From assembly GCA_963845565.1 (NCBI GenBank), contig CAWJSJ010000001.1, forward strand, positions 320,001 to 384,000: DNA of 64,000 nucleotides, read 5' to 3'. The stretch's first letter is position 1; the number at the start of each line of letters is the position of its first letter. The translations under genes were made by a program, and so were the position numbers. The notes under the pieces were generated by a model. That model saw nothing but the letters and a program-made list of their open reading frames with translations, ran no database searches and was not told the origin of the DNA. Below, one piece after another: positions 1-12,239 of this stretch. The stretch comes from an uncultured Methylomirabilota bacterium. Lineage in GTDB: Bacteria; Methylomirabilota; Methylomirabilia; Methylomirabilales; 2-02-FULL-66-22.

Positions 1-807
1 GTACGTGAGATAACGCTTCTTGATTCCCGCGTCCAGGAGCATCTGGCCCAAGGTCCGCATGCGGTCGACCTCGTGGAAGGTGCCGTTGTCGCAGAAATAG
101 ATGAACGGCTCCTGGATCGAGCAGATCTCTTCGAACATCTTCTGAGGATCCCGGGTGGCGAAGCAATTCTGCGCATAGAGCGGGTTGGGACAGAAGGTGC
201 AACTATGTTCGCAGCCCATGGACAGCCGCATGCCCGCTGCCGAGGGCTCGGTAATGTAGTAGTAGTGCTTGCGGTAACGGGCGGTGAGCGAGCGGTCGGG
301 GAAGGGATGGTGGTCGAGCGTGGTGGGAATTGGCCGTGGATCGGTGGACTTCAGTCCCACGCTGGTTCGGATCTTCAGGCCCGCGATGTGCTCGAACGTG
401 GTCGCCCCCGCCTTGCGGGCGGCGCAAATCTCGGCGAACGTCTCGACCCCTTCCCCGTGAACAACCAGGTCCACGGCGGGGTCCTCAAAGTCGTCAGGGA
501 AGAGCGTGGGGTGATGGCCCCCGACCACCGTCAGGCAATCCGGTACCAACCGGCGGATCGTGCGCAGTACGTTCTTGGCCTGACCCGAGCGGGCTGCCTC
601 GGTGGTCACACCGACGACGTCGGGCTTGAAGTGCTTCAGGGTCGCCAACAGGTCGCCGGGATACGTAAGCATATCGACCAGCTGCACCTTGTTGCCTTCT
701 TTGACGGCCGCACCGATGGTTTCCAGCGCCAACGGCTCGATACGAGAGATATGGCGCATGCCGATAGTCCGTGCACCGCACGGGGGATTGACAAGAAGCA
801 CTCTCAT
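1..807 (-). CDS. Cobalamin-binding radical SAM protein (class B methylase-like, HpnR-like N-terminus); 3' part runs off the window
   Basis: Read by hand, not in ORF track: MRVLLVNPPCGARTIGMRHISRIEPLALETIG...VVGGHHPT...GEG...GCEHSCTFC (CxxxCxxC); RBS AAGGAG upstream. Confidence 0.85.
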   Translation of the reverse strand, partial: MRVLLVNPPCGARTIGMRHISRIEPLALETIGAAVKEGNKVQLVDMLTYPGDLLATLKHFKPDVVGVTTEAARSGQAKNVLRTIRRLVPDCLTVVGGHHPTLFPDDFEDPAVDLVVHGEGVETFAEICAARKAGATTFEHIAGLKIRTSVGLKSTDPRPIPTTLDHHPFPDRSLTARYRKHYYYITEPSAAGMRLSMGCEHSCTFCPNPLYAQNCFATRDPQKMFEEICSIQEPFIYFCDNGTFHEVDRMRTLGQMLLDAGIKKRYLTY

Positions 808-1444
808 GTCAACTCCTTCAAAGCGGATTCTGCTGACACCCATTCCGGCCGAGGCTCGGTGGCATCTGAACTGTCGCCGCGCCACGGCCCGCGCGGGGAG
901 CTCCAGGATGGTCCAAAGCGTGCCGCACCTCGCCTCCGAGTGTCAAGGGGAATCACTCCCGGGGTTTCGCTGGGTGAACCGATCGATGCCCTTTTGGGGA
1001 GCCTCGTGCCGAGCGTGGACGTTTTCCCGTAGGCGCAGGAGGCCGACACCGGCGGCGCGAGCGCTCCTTGCCGTACCGTCTTCGTGTGTCGGCCGCCGCT
1101 GGCGTGCTCGACCTCACACTACTCCCCTCGAGTCCCACGTGAAGACGCTCGGGTCCCAATGCGCTCGCCGAAGACTGCTTCGCCTCCGACCGGTCGGAGC
1201 CTCTCCGATATTTCGGGCGTTTCCCGTCGGCGTCCCCGCTAGGATCCCCTTGCAGTTTCCACTTCAACCACTCGATTACACAGGGCTGATAACCATTCGA
1301 GTTCATCGAAGCGTGGTCTGGATCTGTTGTTGCATATACTCCTGAAAGGCATATGCACAGGTTGGATGAATAGCGGCTGATCTGGTCCGTGGATGCGCCA
1401 TTTGACCGGCCTCAGGCGCCCATTCCGGAAGGAGGATGCACAGA

Positions 1445-1720
1445 ATGGCGACGATTGTGGAGTACTCCGACCGGAAGCCGCCCGTGAATCGGTACCCCCA
1501 CCGCATCATCTCGCCTCCGCGGGCGGGCGCCTGTTGCTTCTCCGACATGGAAGAGGTCGGGAACCCCCAACAGGATGACCGCTGGATGTTCCAGTACCGG
1601 CGCTGTCGCCAGTGTGGCTTTGCCGTCCGGGTGATCCTCCGCGAACTCCCGGACACGGCCCTGGTGGCCAGCCTGCGCAAAGAGCTGGCTCACTCATTCG
1701 TGCGGAACGTCCCGGAGTGA
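1445..1720 (+). CDS. Small Cys-containing hypothetical protein (possible Zn ribbon)
   Basis: RBS GGAGG at 1431-1435; CC...CRQC motif. Confidence 0.65.
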   Translation: MATIVEYSDRKPPVNRYPHRIISPPRAGACCFSDMEEVGNPQQDDRWMFQYRRCRQCGFAVRVILRELPDTALVASLRKELAHSFVRNVPE

Positions 1721-1790
1721 CGCCCTGGCCCCCACGAGCGTCCGAGGGGTGGGGCGCAAAACTCCCGGGAGTTGCGGAAAGCGAGCGACG

Positions 1791-1991
1791 ATGGACGAGG
1801 AACGGGTGTGTTACCCGTACGAGCGCTATACGATCACGACGCTTCAGGACGAGGGCCAATGGTGGGCCAGGGCCCGCGTGGCGCTGAAGCAGGCCGGGGG
1901 CGATCGCGCGGTGCTGGGCGGTCCCTGGAAGAGTCGGTTGGACGCGAAAGCCGCCGCGGAAGCGTTCTGCGACAGCAAGAAGGCAGGGTAG
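1791..1991 (+). CDS. Small hypothetical protein
   Basis: MDEERVCYPYERY...; stop TAG overlaps the GTG start of the next gene. Confidence 0.55.
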   Translation: MDEERVCYPYERYTITTLQDEGQWWARARVALKQAGGDRAVLGGPWKSRLDAKAAAEAFCDSKKAG

Positions 1992-2464
1992 TGCGACCGC
2001 CGTGGTGGCACCAGTGGTTCGGGAGCCGCGTTGCGGACAACGTAGACGCCTTGCAGAGGCTCTTGACCAAGATCTGTCGGCAAGAAACGGCGCTGGCCTG
2101 GCATCTGGCCGACCGGGCGCGCGCTGTGCGCTTCACCCCCCACCGGCTGAGCCTGGAGGGGTTGGCTGCGCGGGAGCGCCAGAACGCCCATGCGATGGCA
2201 CGCGAGATCGGGGGCGAGGCCACCCTGGCGCCGACTGCATCGCCCGCGCATCGCCCCGGATCGCTGACGGCCACCAAGCTCATCCAGGACTTGGTAGAGG
2301 TCGAAGACCTGTACACCCTGTACCGGCAGGCGCGTTGGCTGACGCCGGACACGATTCTCCGCGATACGCTGGAGGGGATGGCCGCGGAGGCGGATCACAG
2401 CTCGCAGACCATCCGCAGAATCCTTGGCACCATGGACAGCTACGTGACGGACCGTCCGGCATGA
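1991..2464 (+). CDS. Ferritin-like four-helix hypothetical protein
   Basis: Helical pattern with degenerate ExxH-like motifs (ERQNAH, EADH); translationally coupled to upstream gene. Confidence 0.5.
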   Translation: MRPPWWHQWFGSRVADNVDALQRLLTKICRQETALAWHLADRARAVRFTPHRLSLEGLAARERQNAHAMAREIGGEATLAPTASPAHRPGSLTATKLIQDLVEVEDLYTLYRQARWLTPDTILRDTLEGMAAEADHSSQTIRRILGTMDSYVTDRPA

Positions 2465-2572
2465 GAAGGATCCGCTGGGCGACCTGAAGTAACCGTTCGC
2501 TTGGGGGCACGCGGCAGGAAGGCGCAGGCCCCTGAACGAATCAAGCGGTATCCCGGGAAGGAGGTACGCACC

Positions 2573-2836
2573 ATGGCCACGAAACAGCAACGCCCCACGG
2601 AAGAGGCCCGTCGGGGGCTCCAGCGCGGTAAGGACACGCGGGCCAACGCCGCGCAGGTGACCGCGGGCATCACGGAGGGGGACGTCGCGCGGCATAAGGA
2701 GTTCGATGCCCTCAGCGTCCCCAAGGGTGGTCGGATGGTGCGGAAGATGGCCGTGCCGGCGCGGCGGTACTGGCCAAGCGCGAACTCTCAACGCGCGCCC
2801 AGCCGACCTATGGGGACCAAGAAATCGCCCAGGTAA
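2573..2836 (+). CDS. Small basic hypothetical protein
   Basis: Strong [21 protein letters not shown]... Confidence 0.55.
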   Translation: MATKQQRPTEEARRGLQRGKDTRANAAQVTAGITEGDVARHKEFDALSVPKGGRMVRKMAVPARRYWPSANSQRAPSRPMGTKKSPR

Positions 2837-2908
2837 CGACACTCGGCACACGGGTGCCGCAACGGATTCAACGATCGGCCTCTCCACTGCCGAAAGGAGC
2901 GAAGCGCG

Positions 2909-3199
2909 ATGAAGAAATTCAAGCCGTTGCAGGACCGGATCCTGGTCAAGCGCCTGGAGGAGAAAGAGACCAAGAAGGGCGGCATCATCATCCCGGATAC
3001 CGCCAAGGAGAAGCCGCAGGAAGGCGAAGTCATCGCCGTGGGCCCGGGCAAGGTGACGGACGACGGGAAGTTGCAGCCGATGGGGGTGAAGGTGGGCGAC
3101 AAGATCCTCTTCGGGAAGTACTCGGGGAGCGAAGTGAAGCTGGACGATGCGGAGTACCTGATCATGCGCGAGGAGGACGTCCTCGGCATTCTGCAGTAA
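2909..3199 (+). CDS. groES: Co-chaperonin GroES
   Basis: [11 protein letters not shown]...[16 protein letters not shown]...KYSGSEVK. Confidence 0.98.
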   Translation: MKKFKPLQDRILVKRLEEKETKKGGIIIPDTAKEKPQEGEVIAVGPGKVTDDGKLQPMGVKVGDKILFGKYSGSEVKLDDAEYLIMREEDVLGILQ

Positions 3200-4894
<1,695 letters not shown>

Positions 4895-4897
<3 letters not shown>

Positions 4898-4999
4898 GCC
4901 GTTGTCAAAGAATTAGTTGAGCGGAGACATTCCGAAACGGCATAAGGAGCCGTAACGAAATAGAAAGAGATGTGTAGGTTATTTCGTAACGGCTCCTAA
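4895..4999. mobile_element. MITE-like double-hairpin element, copy 1
   Basis: TAA-[GCCGTT...AACGGC]-ATAA-[GGAGCCGTAACGAAATA...TATTTCGTAACGGCTCC]-TAA; 104/105 identical to 5450-5554. Confidence 0.7.
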
Positions 5000-5027
5000 G
5001 CGGTCGCAGGAGAGATCCTCCTGCGTT

Positions 5028-5067
5028 CGGCTTGGCATCCCGGCGAATCTTCCGGGATGCCAAGCCG
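5028..5067 (+). terminator. Perfect 16-bp hairpin downstream of groEL
   Basis: CGGCTTGGCATCCCGG-cgaatctt-CCGGGATGCCAAGCCG; no clear U-tract. Confidence 0.55.
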
Positions 5068-5125
5068 CATCCCATCGGGAGACGCGATTTTGCCCGATGG
5101 GCACTCCGAGCGAACGAGGTCGAAA

Positions 5126-5452
5126 ATGACCATGGTCATTTCCACCCTGCGGATTGTGACGGCGCCCCGATCCCGGGCCGAGGTCCTTCGGGCGCTCGCC
5201 GCGCAATTGGGGCCGACGCGTGTGCAGCCGGGCTGCCTTCGGTGTGATCTCTATCGCGATTTCGAGAATCAGGGGGCGATCACGCTGGTGGAGGAGTGGG
5301 AATCCCAAGCCGATCTGGATCTTCGCTTAAACTCCGAGGAATACCGCACCGTGCTGGCGGCGATGGAGCTAGCGCATGAGCAACCCGTGATTCATTTCGA
5401 CACGGTCACCAGACGCGGAGGCTTGGAGGTCGTCGTTGCAGCGAGGGCGTAA
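5126..5452 (+). CDS. Antibiotic biosynthesis monooxygenase (putative quinol monooxygenase) family protein
   Basis: PTRVQPGCLRCDLY...LVEEWESQADL; RBS GAGGT. Confidence 0.85.
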   Translation: MTMVISTLRIVTAPRSRAEVLRALAAQLGPTRVQPGCLRCDLYRDFENQGAITLVEEWESQADLDLRLNSEEYRTVLAAMELAHEQPVIHFDTVTRRGGLEVVVAARA

Positions 5453-5554
5453 GCCGTTGTCAAAGAATTAGTTGAGCGGAGACATTCCGAAACGGCATAA
5501 GGAGCCGTAACGAAATAGAAAGAGATGTATAGGTTATTTCGTAACGGCTCCTAA
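5450..5554. mobile_element. MITE-like double-hairpin element, copy 2
   Basis: Direct repeat of 4895-4999 with one mismatch; begins at the TAA stop of the ABM gene. Confidence 0.7.
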
Positions 5555-5689
5555 CCGCGTTCCGTAAATACCCCATCCGCTAGCCGGCGGCGCATAAACC
5601 GAGGGGTCGGAGTGCCACCCTCTGGCCGTGTGGTTGTCTTCGGTACGCATGGTGTCGCGCAGCGCCAGGATCAGAGCTGAGGTAACTAC

Positions 5690-5860
5690 ATGGCAACGAT
5701 AATCATCCATTGGAAGGATAAGACCATCCCGCCTATGGAAATCAAAGATGCCGCCTATAAGGGTGCAGATAGTTCGATCATAAAAATAACATCTGCCGGG
5801 AAAGAGTACTGGTTCAACTGGACCGAATGCTGGTTCTTAGAGACTACTGGAACAAAGTAA
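5690..5860 (+). CDS. 56-aa hypothetical protein, lower GC
   Basis: Below ORF-track cutoff: MATIIIHWKDKTIPPMEIKDAAYKGADSSIIKITSAGKEYWFNWTECWFLETTGTK; RBS GAGGT. Confidence 0.6.
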   Translation: MATIIIHWKDKTIPPMEIKDAAYKGADSSIIKITSAGKEYWFNWTECWFLETTGTK

Positions 5861-5891
5861 TCGCCGCGCCACATGGAAAGTAGGAAGGGCC

Positions 5892-6047
5892 ATGTCGATC
5901 ATCACCATTCTGTTGTTGTTGGCGATTGCGGCGTCCGTCTGCCTTGTCGGCCATGTGCTGCGGAGGGACGCGTTCCCGCTCTGGGTTCCGGTGGCTCTCC
6001 TGTGTCTCATAGAGCTGCTGCGCACGCTCCCCCTGGGACGCTACTGA
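5892..6047 (+). CDS. 51-aa membrane protein with two hydrophobic segments
   Basis: MSIITILLLLAIAASVCLVGHVLRRDAFPLWVPVALLCLIELLRTLPLGRY; purine-rich RBS. Confidence 0.55.
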   Translation: MSIITILLLLAIAASVCLVGHVLRRDAFPLWVPVALLCLIELLRTLPLGRY

Positions 6048-6210
6048 GCACACGTCAGCGCGTCGTGTGTCTTCTTTGGTGAAGAGCGTCCAGGGCAGGC
6101 AGTGGATGGAAGTGCCACAACCAAGAGGGCCGCAAAGAGGAAGGTATGCAGCGCGACGCTCACCGGTCCTGCTGTCCGTCGACAGGGTGATCGTCTCGAA
6201 AGGAGGAACA

Positions 6211-6717
6211 ATGGCGACAACGGTTCGGCAGCGGGCCAAGGGGAAGGCCACCAAGTGGACGGGGTATCACCGGATCCTGTGGCCCACGGATTTCTCTCCG
6301 CTGGCGAAGGCGGCCCTTCCGCATGCGGTGGGGTTGGCGGGGGATGCGGGCGCGGAACTCATGGTGCTCCACGTGCTGCCGTCGCTCGCGGCGTATGCCG
6401 TGCCCGATCTCTCGGGCGCCCTCTCGGTTTCTCTCCAGCGAAAGACCCGGGACGCCGCCCAGAAGGAGCTTCACCGGCTCGAAACACAGGTCAAGGCATC
6501 CAACATTCGAGTGCAGACGATCTTGGCGGAGGGGGTCCCGTTCTTCCAGATCCTGCGAGCCGCCAAGCAGCTCCGGTGCGATCTGATCGTTCTGGCGACG
6601 CATGGGCGGACCGGGCTCGTACACGCCATTATGGGCAGCGTCGCAGAGAACGTGATCCGCCGCGCGCCCTGCGCGGTTCTCACCATACGTCCGCTGCGAT
6701 TCCGGCGCGCCTTGTAA
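6211..6717 (+). CDS. Universal stress protein
   Basis: ILWPTDFS...DLIVLATHGRTG...MGSVAENVIRRAPCAVL; RBS AAGGAGG. Confidence 0.93.
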   Translation: MATTVRQRAKGKATKWTGYHRILWPTDFSPLAKAALPHAVGLAGDAGAELMVLHVLPSLAAYAVPDLSGALSVSLQRKTRDAAQKELHRLETQVKASNIRVQTILAEGVPFFQILRAAKQLRCDLIVLATHGRTGLVHAIMGSVAENVIRRAPCAVLTIRPLRFRRAL

Positions 6718-6934
6718 CGAGACCCCGGCGCTGCCTACCTGCCTCCGAGACCGCGTCCCTGCGGGGGCAGCGCCGTCTCCGCTTTCTTCGACGGGATTCT
6801 CCGCACTGAGTCCCAAAATCCTCCGAGACGGGCGGGCATCTCGAGCGGCAAATGCGACAAGGTGTCGCCAGGAAGTTGCATCCGTCGAATGCGGTCATCG
6901 GTGGCGCGCTCTTTGCGACGGCATCGTCACGCCA

Positions 6935-9344
6935 TCACGCGTCAGTCACCCGCTTCTGCTTGAACAACTTCACCCACTCAAACCAGAGAATGCTGACAAG
7001 GCCTCCCGCCAAGCAGATCGCTATGTCACCGGGGTGCAAGGTTGAAAAGTGAAACAAGTCACGCAAGAACGGAACGTATAGCACCAGACCGAGGAAGACC
7101 AGCGTGCCTCCAAGAACGAACCAGAGGGCCGGATTCGGAGTCCGCAGGGTGGACCAGATGGTGCGGGACCACGAGCGGTTGGCAAAGATCAGGCCCAAGT
7201 TGGCAACGACGAGCGTAGTGAAACTCAGTGCCGTGGCGTCCAGGGCGTCTCGCCAGCCTAACAGCGCGGACAGATACACTGCCATGACGATCAGCAGTAC
7301 GCTCGCACCTTGCAGCAGTCCCAGGCCAAGAAGCCGCCTGCCGAAGAGGGATTCCTTGGCGTTCCGCGGCGGTCGGCGCATCACGTCGGCTTCTTCCGGT
7401 TCGGCTTCAAACACGATGGAACAGGCGGGGTCGATCACGAGCTCAAGAAACAGGATATGCACCGGCAGAAGGGCCAGGGGCCAGCCGAACAGTACCGGGA
7501 TCAACGACATCCCGGCAATCGGCACATGGACCGCCACGATGTACGTCATCGCTTTTTGTAGGTGGTCGAATATCCGCCGACCCATGCGGACAGACCGGAC
7601 AATGGATGCGAAGTCGTCATCCAGGAGCACCAGGGAGGCGGCTTCACGGGCCACGTCCGTTCCTCGACCGCCCATCGCAATGCCGATGTGGGCCGCGTTC
7701 AGTGCGGGCGCGTCGTTCACTCCGTCGCCCGTCATGGCAACGACTTCGCCGACGGCTTTCAGGGCGTTCACCAGCCGCAACTTCTGCTCCGGAACCATCC
7801 GAGCAAAGACGTTACTCGTTCGCACGCGCTGTTGCAGTTCACGATCTTCGATCGCGTCCAGTTCGGGGCCGGTGATGATCTGCAGTGAGTGGTGTGATGC
7901 CCGCTTGACGAGCGATGCTCTGTGCCGTCGTCGGGTGATCGCCGGTAATCATGATCACCCGGATGCCTGCCGTGTAACACTCCTGCACGGCAGCGGGAAC
8001 CGTCGGGCGTACTGGGTCGGCCAAACCGACGAGGCCCAAGAACTCAAACGTGAAGTCGTGTTGCGCGCCCGGCAGATCCGCTTGCTTGAACACTCCCCGG
8101 GCGACCCCCAGCACTCGAAGTCCCTCCTGGGCCATCGTTGTCACTGTTTCGCGAAAGCGCCTGTGTTCGTTCGGGATTCAGATGGCACAGGTCTGCAACG
8201 GCCTCCGGCGCGCCTTTTGCCGCCAGAACGTAATCCCGACCGGTGGGCGACTTCCAAACGTGCGACATCGCGAGAAGCTCGGGAGACAAGGGGTATCCTC
8301 GTTCCAGCGTCCAGTCAGCGTGCAGGTGTTCGGTATGCGCGAGACGAGCATTGCCGAGGTCGTGGAACGCTTTCTCCATCGGGTCGAACGGGTCACGCTG
8401 ACTCGCCATGATGCCGAACTCGACGACCTCGTGGTAGGCCTCTGGCAACGGCTGCGCGGTGTGTTGCTCCACCTCAAGAGCCGCTCCGTCCACGACCACC
8501 TTGCGGATTGACATGCGGTTGACGGTAAGCGTGCCGGTCTTGTCCACACAGAGGACGGTGGCCGAGCCGAGCGTTTCGATCACCGGCACGCGACGAGCAG
8601 TACGTTCATTTTCGCCAAGCGCCAAGCACCCAGGGCGAGGAAGATGGTCAGGACGACGGGAAATTCTTCGGGTATCATCGCCATCGCCAAGGTGATCCCG
8701 GCCAGAAAACCGTTGAGCCAATCAGCACGAGTCAGACCGTAGAGAACGACCACGATGGCACACAAAGACAATCCGAGGACGGCCACCCGCCGCACGAGCC
8801 GTCCGACTTCCAGCTGTAACTGTGTGCCTTCAGGTTGCACCGTCTGCAGCGCCTTGCCAATGTTGCCCATTTCGGTCTGGATGCCGGTGGCCCGCACTCG
8901 AGCGATGCCCTGGCCCTGAACCACCAGCGTCCCGGAAAACACGAAGGGGAGATCGTCACCACCCGGATGGCTCATCTCCCGCACGCCGTCCCAGGCGACT
9001 TTTCTGACCGGCACGGATTCCCCGGTCAGCAGAGACTCATCGGTGGAAAGGCCATTGCACGAAATGACAACGGAATCTGCGGGAACCCGGTCGCCTTCAA
9101 CCAGAACGAGAATGTCGTCCGGGACGACATCCCGGCCGGCAATTCGCTTCCGTTCCCCGCCTCGAATAACGAGCGCCCGAGGACTGGAGAGGTCACGCAG
9201 GGCCTCCAGCGCCCGCTCCGTCTTTCGTTCTTGGTAGAGAGTGATTCCCAGCACCACGAAGACAAACCCGAGGAGCATTAAGGCTTCTTGCACGTCGCCC
9301 AGAAACAGGTAGACCGCACCGCAAGCCAGCAGCAGAAGAAACAT
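6935..9344 (-). pseudogene. Cation-transporting P-type ATPase (Ca2+/type II-like), N-truncated, at least 3 frameshifts
   Basis: Pieces 8580-9344 (LTGES, PEEFP), 8044-8721 ([12 protein letters not shown]), 7839-8144 (MITGDH), 6935-7825 ([10 protein letters not shown]). Confidence 0.85.
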
Positions 9345-9454
9345 CCTGCCTCCTCCGAGACCGCGTCCTGTTGGCGCAGTGCGGGGCCGTATTCACCCTG
9401 AACGCCGCGATACCCCGCTCCCAACGACATCCCCATGCGTGATCCGCGCCCCGC

Positions 9455-10651
9455 TCAGAAATGGAGGTGCACGCCCAAGCCGATGTACTCGATCTTCTGA
9501 TTATAGAACTGCCCGTCCGGGGAATAGCCATTGAAGTATTGCACCAGGACTTGCAGGTTGCGGCCGACGATCTGCAGGCTCTCGAACTGAACGCCCGCGC
9601 GCGCCGACAGGTCGGTTCGCCACCCATTCTCCTGGTGGTTCTGCACATCGACGGCGGCGACCGGTCGGATCCGCTCCCCCCAGAAGGTCAGGGGACTCCG
9701 GAACTCCACACCGGCTTGGGTGGCCCACGGCTTCAGGTCTGACGGGTCGCTCGCGACCAGCCCGCTGCCGCCGCCGTACACGCGGAACCCCAGGGGGAAA
9801 TCGTACGACACGAGGAGCCCCACACCCTCGTAGCTGAGGTTGACGCGCGCGACCTGGGTCCGGAGGAGAAACTCGTCACCCAGGTGCGAGCTCTGGTGAA
9901 AGAGGCGTCCGAGCACCGAAACATTCCCCGTCCGGTAGGCGGCCAGGGCGGCCACATAATAGTCCGCGTTGACGAGGTCCATCGACTCGGCGTCCAGATC
10001 GAAGATCGTAAACACCCCTGCCTGGATGCCAAACTCCAACCGCCCCGAACCCGGCGCGGCCATCCGGTAGATGGGAATGGTTTCCCCGAAGGTCGCGGCG
10101 GCCACGTTGCGCAGGGTCGTGTCGTTCGGGTAGTACTGGTAGCTGGCGGAGAAATGGGGCCACCGCGGATCGGCGAGGAGCGGGCCGAAGAGGCGGCCCT
10201 CCGGCAGCCAGCCGACCGGCAAGGGGTCCGCTGGGGACCCGCCGCGCCCCGACCCCCCCGCGCCGGCCGGGGATTGCCCGGCGATGTCGGCCGCCGTGGC
10301 CTTGGCACCGGTCGCGGCGTCTCCGACCACGACGTACAGGACCCCTGGGATGCGCGAGAGGCTCTGTACCACCTTCTCGCGATCGGCGCCGGAAAGATCC
10401 TCCGCGGTCAGGGTGACGCGGCCCTCCGTGACGCGCAGGGACGGGGCCCGCACATTGAATTCCCTCTCCAGCACGGCGGTCGCATATCCCGCGACAAAGG
10501 CGTCATCGGACGCCGCCGCCCAGCCATCCGACGCCGGGGATGCCAGCAAGAACAGCCCGAGCACGAATGTGCAGAACGTCGCCGACCATCGCACGCGCAT
10601 GAGCTGCAGGGGAATGATTCCACACGCACCGAGCCACCTCTCGCTTCTCAT
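9455..10651 (-). CDS. DUF1207-like exported/outer-membrane protein
   Basis: Signal peptide; PLLADPRWPHFS, HQSSHLGDEF; C-terminal Phe; RBS GGAGG. Confidence 0.75.
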   Translation of the reverse strand: MRSERWLGACGIIPLQLMRVRWSATFCTFVLGLFLLASPASDGWAAASDDAFVAGYATAVLEREFNVRAPSLRVTEGRVTLTAEDLSGADREKVVQSLSRIPGVLYVVVGDAATGAKATAADIAGQSPAGAGGSGRGGSPADPLPVGWLPEGRLFGPLLADPRWPHFSASYQYYPNDTTLRNVAAATFGETIPIYRMAAPGSGRLEFGIQAGVFTIFDLDAESMDLVNADYYVAALAAYRTGNVSVLGRLFHQSSHLGDEFLLRTQVARVNLSYEGVGLLVSYDFPLGFRVYGGGSGLVASDPSDLKPWATQAGVEFRSPLTFWGERIRPVAAVDVQNHQENGWRTDLSARAGVQFESLQIVGRNLQVLVQYFNGYSPDGQFYNQKIEYIGLGVHLHF

Positions 10652-11030
10652 GGATACTTCCCTCCGTTTCGCGTTTGCTTCCAATGAAAGATCAAACAGC
10701 CGAAGGGCTGGGTCGCCACGAAAAGGACTGCGTAGGCTTCTGGGTCGGCGTTCACGCAGTCGGAGACCTTTGTGCGACAGCACGTGACTTCCGAAAAAGC
10801 TCCAGGGACACTCTTTCTTCTGCAACAAAAGATCCAGACGGCCCGTCGTGGAGCAGACTTGGTATGCATCCTTTAAAACCAACTGGTTAGCGAAGATATC
10901 TAGACAAACATTGCATTGTTTGGATCGGAAGGAACCGCACGAGATATCGGAGGGGCTCCGAGATTCTGGAGGCGGGGACGCTGGGGCCCGAGCACTGCCT
11001 GGCAGAACCCTGCGGAGTGTCTGCCGGAAA

Positions 11031-11567
11031 TCAGCGGGCCAGGTGCTGGGTGTCCGAGCAGGCGTCCAGGACGAAGAAGCGCTGGGTCTGCTGGGCCATC
11101 AGGACTGGCCCGTCCCAGTCCAGGGCCGCAAGCCTGGGGCTGTGGCCGCGATCTTGGTACTGGTACTCGTAGTACAGGTCAAACCGGGCCTCGCCGCCGG
11201 TCGTGCGAAGGTCGATCTGAAACCTCGTGTACATGTTGGTCGCCAGCTGGACGGCCGCCGACTTGACCTGCTCGCTCGCGAGGGTTCGTCCCGCCGCATC
11301 CACCGCCACCAGATCCCACGCGAGGTACTGCACAGGCTGGCTGCTCCATTGGTTCGCGACTATGCCCTCCAGCCGCATCAGGTTGGGCTCGGGCCGCGTG
11401 CAGCTCCAATACTGCCGGATGGCTCCCGTGGCGACGGTGTGCTTGAACTCTGATGGCGGCCACGGGATGTTGCCCAGCATGGCCGCGGGAGGCGGTCCGC
11501 CCGCCACGCAGCCCGACAACGCGGTCCCAAGGAGCACAAGGAGGGTGCCCAGCATTGCTCGCTTCAT
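11031..11567 (-). CDS. Hypothetical lipoprotein
   Basis: MKRAMLGTLLVLLGTALSGC lipobox; RBS GAGGT. Confidence 0.75.
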   Translation of the reverse strand: MKRAMLGTLLVLLGTALSGCVAGGPPPAAMLGNIPWPPSEFKHTVATGAIRQYWSCTRPEPNLMRLEGIVANQWSSQPVQYLAWDLVAVDAAGRTLASEQVKSAAVQLATNMYTRFQIDLRTTGGEARFDLYYEYQYQDRGHSPRLAALDWDGPVLMAQQTQRFFVLDACSDTQHLAR

Positions 11568-12239
11568 CGCTCTCACCTCACAGGCGGTCACCCCGCCTCC
11601 GCCGGCAGCACGTGCGCGGCCGCATTGCCACCTCTGCTTTCACCCTGCCAGGACGCGGCGATCGCGTGCGCTCCCGTTGCGCCTCGTCACCGTCTAAAAC
11701 CTAGCACGTGAACCGGCCGTTGGCAACGGGGCCATGGTCGACTCGGCTCGGCACGCGCCCAGGGTTGCCGTCACATGGGCCTCACTTTTCGAGCTGCTCT
11801 GCTAGACGACCTGCGTCACGCTGCCCCCAAACCTCCGGCTAACGCCAGGGCGGCCTTCGTGCGAGTGGACGCGGCCGGGGCCGGACCGGCCCCTCCGGCC
11901 GCCTGGCGCCGCGTCGAGAACCGCCCGGCCTTGCGCCGGGTCGCCCCGCCCGGGGCGGGGCTCCGGACCGGCGCCGGCGGGCGGGCGCAGCGGCGTCGGG
12001 GCCGGCCCGGCCCCCGGCCTCCGCGGTGTCACCCAGTGGGTGCACCCTCCCTGCGCGCGCTAGCCGGAGAACAGGGCTGCCGGCCTGTTCTTGTTCCACG
12101 GGGAGCGGTGTGGTAGCGTCCCGGCAATCGCAAAGGCGGAGTGCCGGCGGAGGCGATCGAGTGGTCCTCGCGGAGGGTGATCCCCGGCGGCCACGGCCTC
12201 CGATCGTCAGGAGAAAACCGGGCAGGGGAGGCGGGCCGT

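Noticed and set aside
73..1032. 319-aa plus-strand ORF
   Set aside because: Antisense to the radical SAM gene at 1-807
11700..12230. Very GC-rich stretch with hairpins and short ORFs
   Set aside because: No recognisable RNA motif or credible protein; pairing is expected at this GC content
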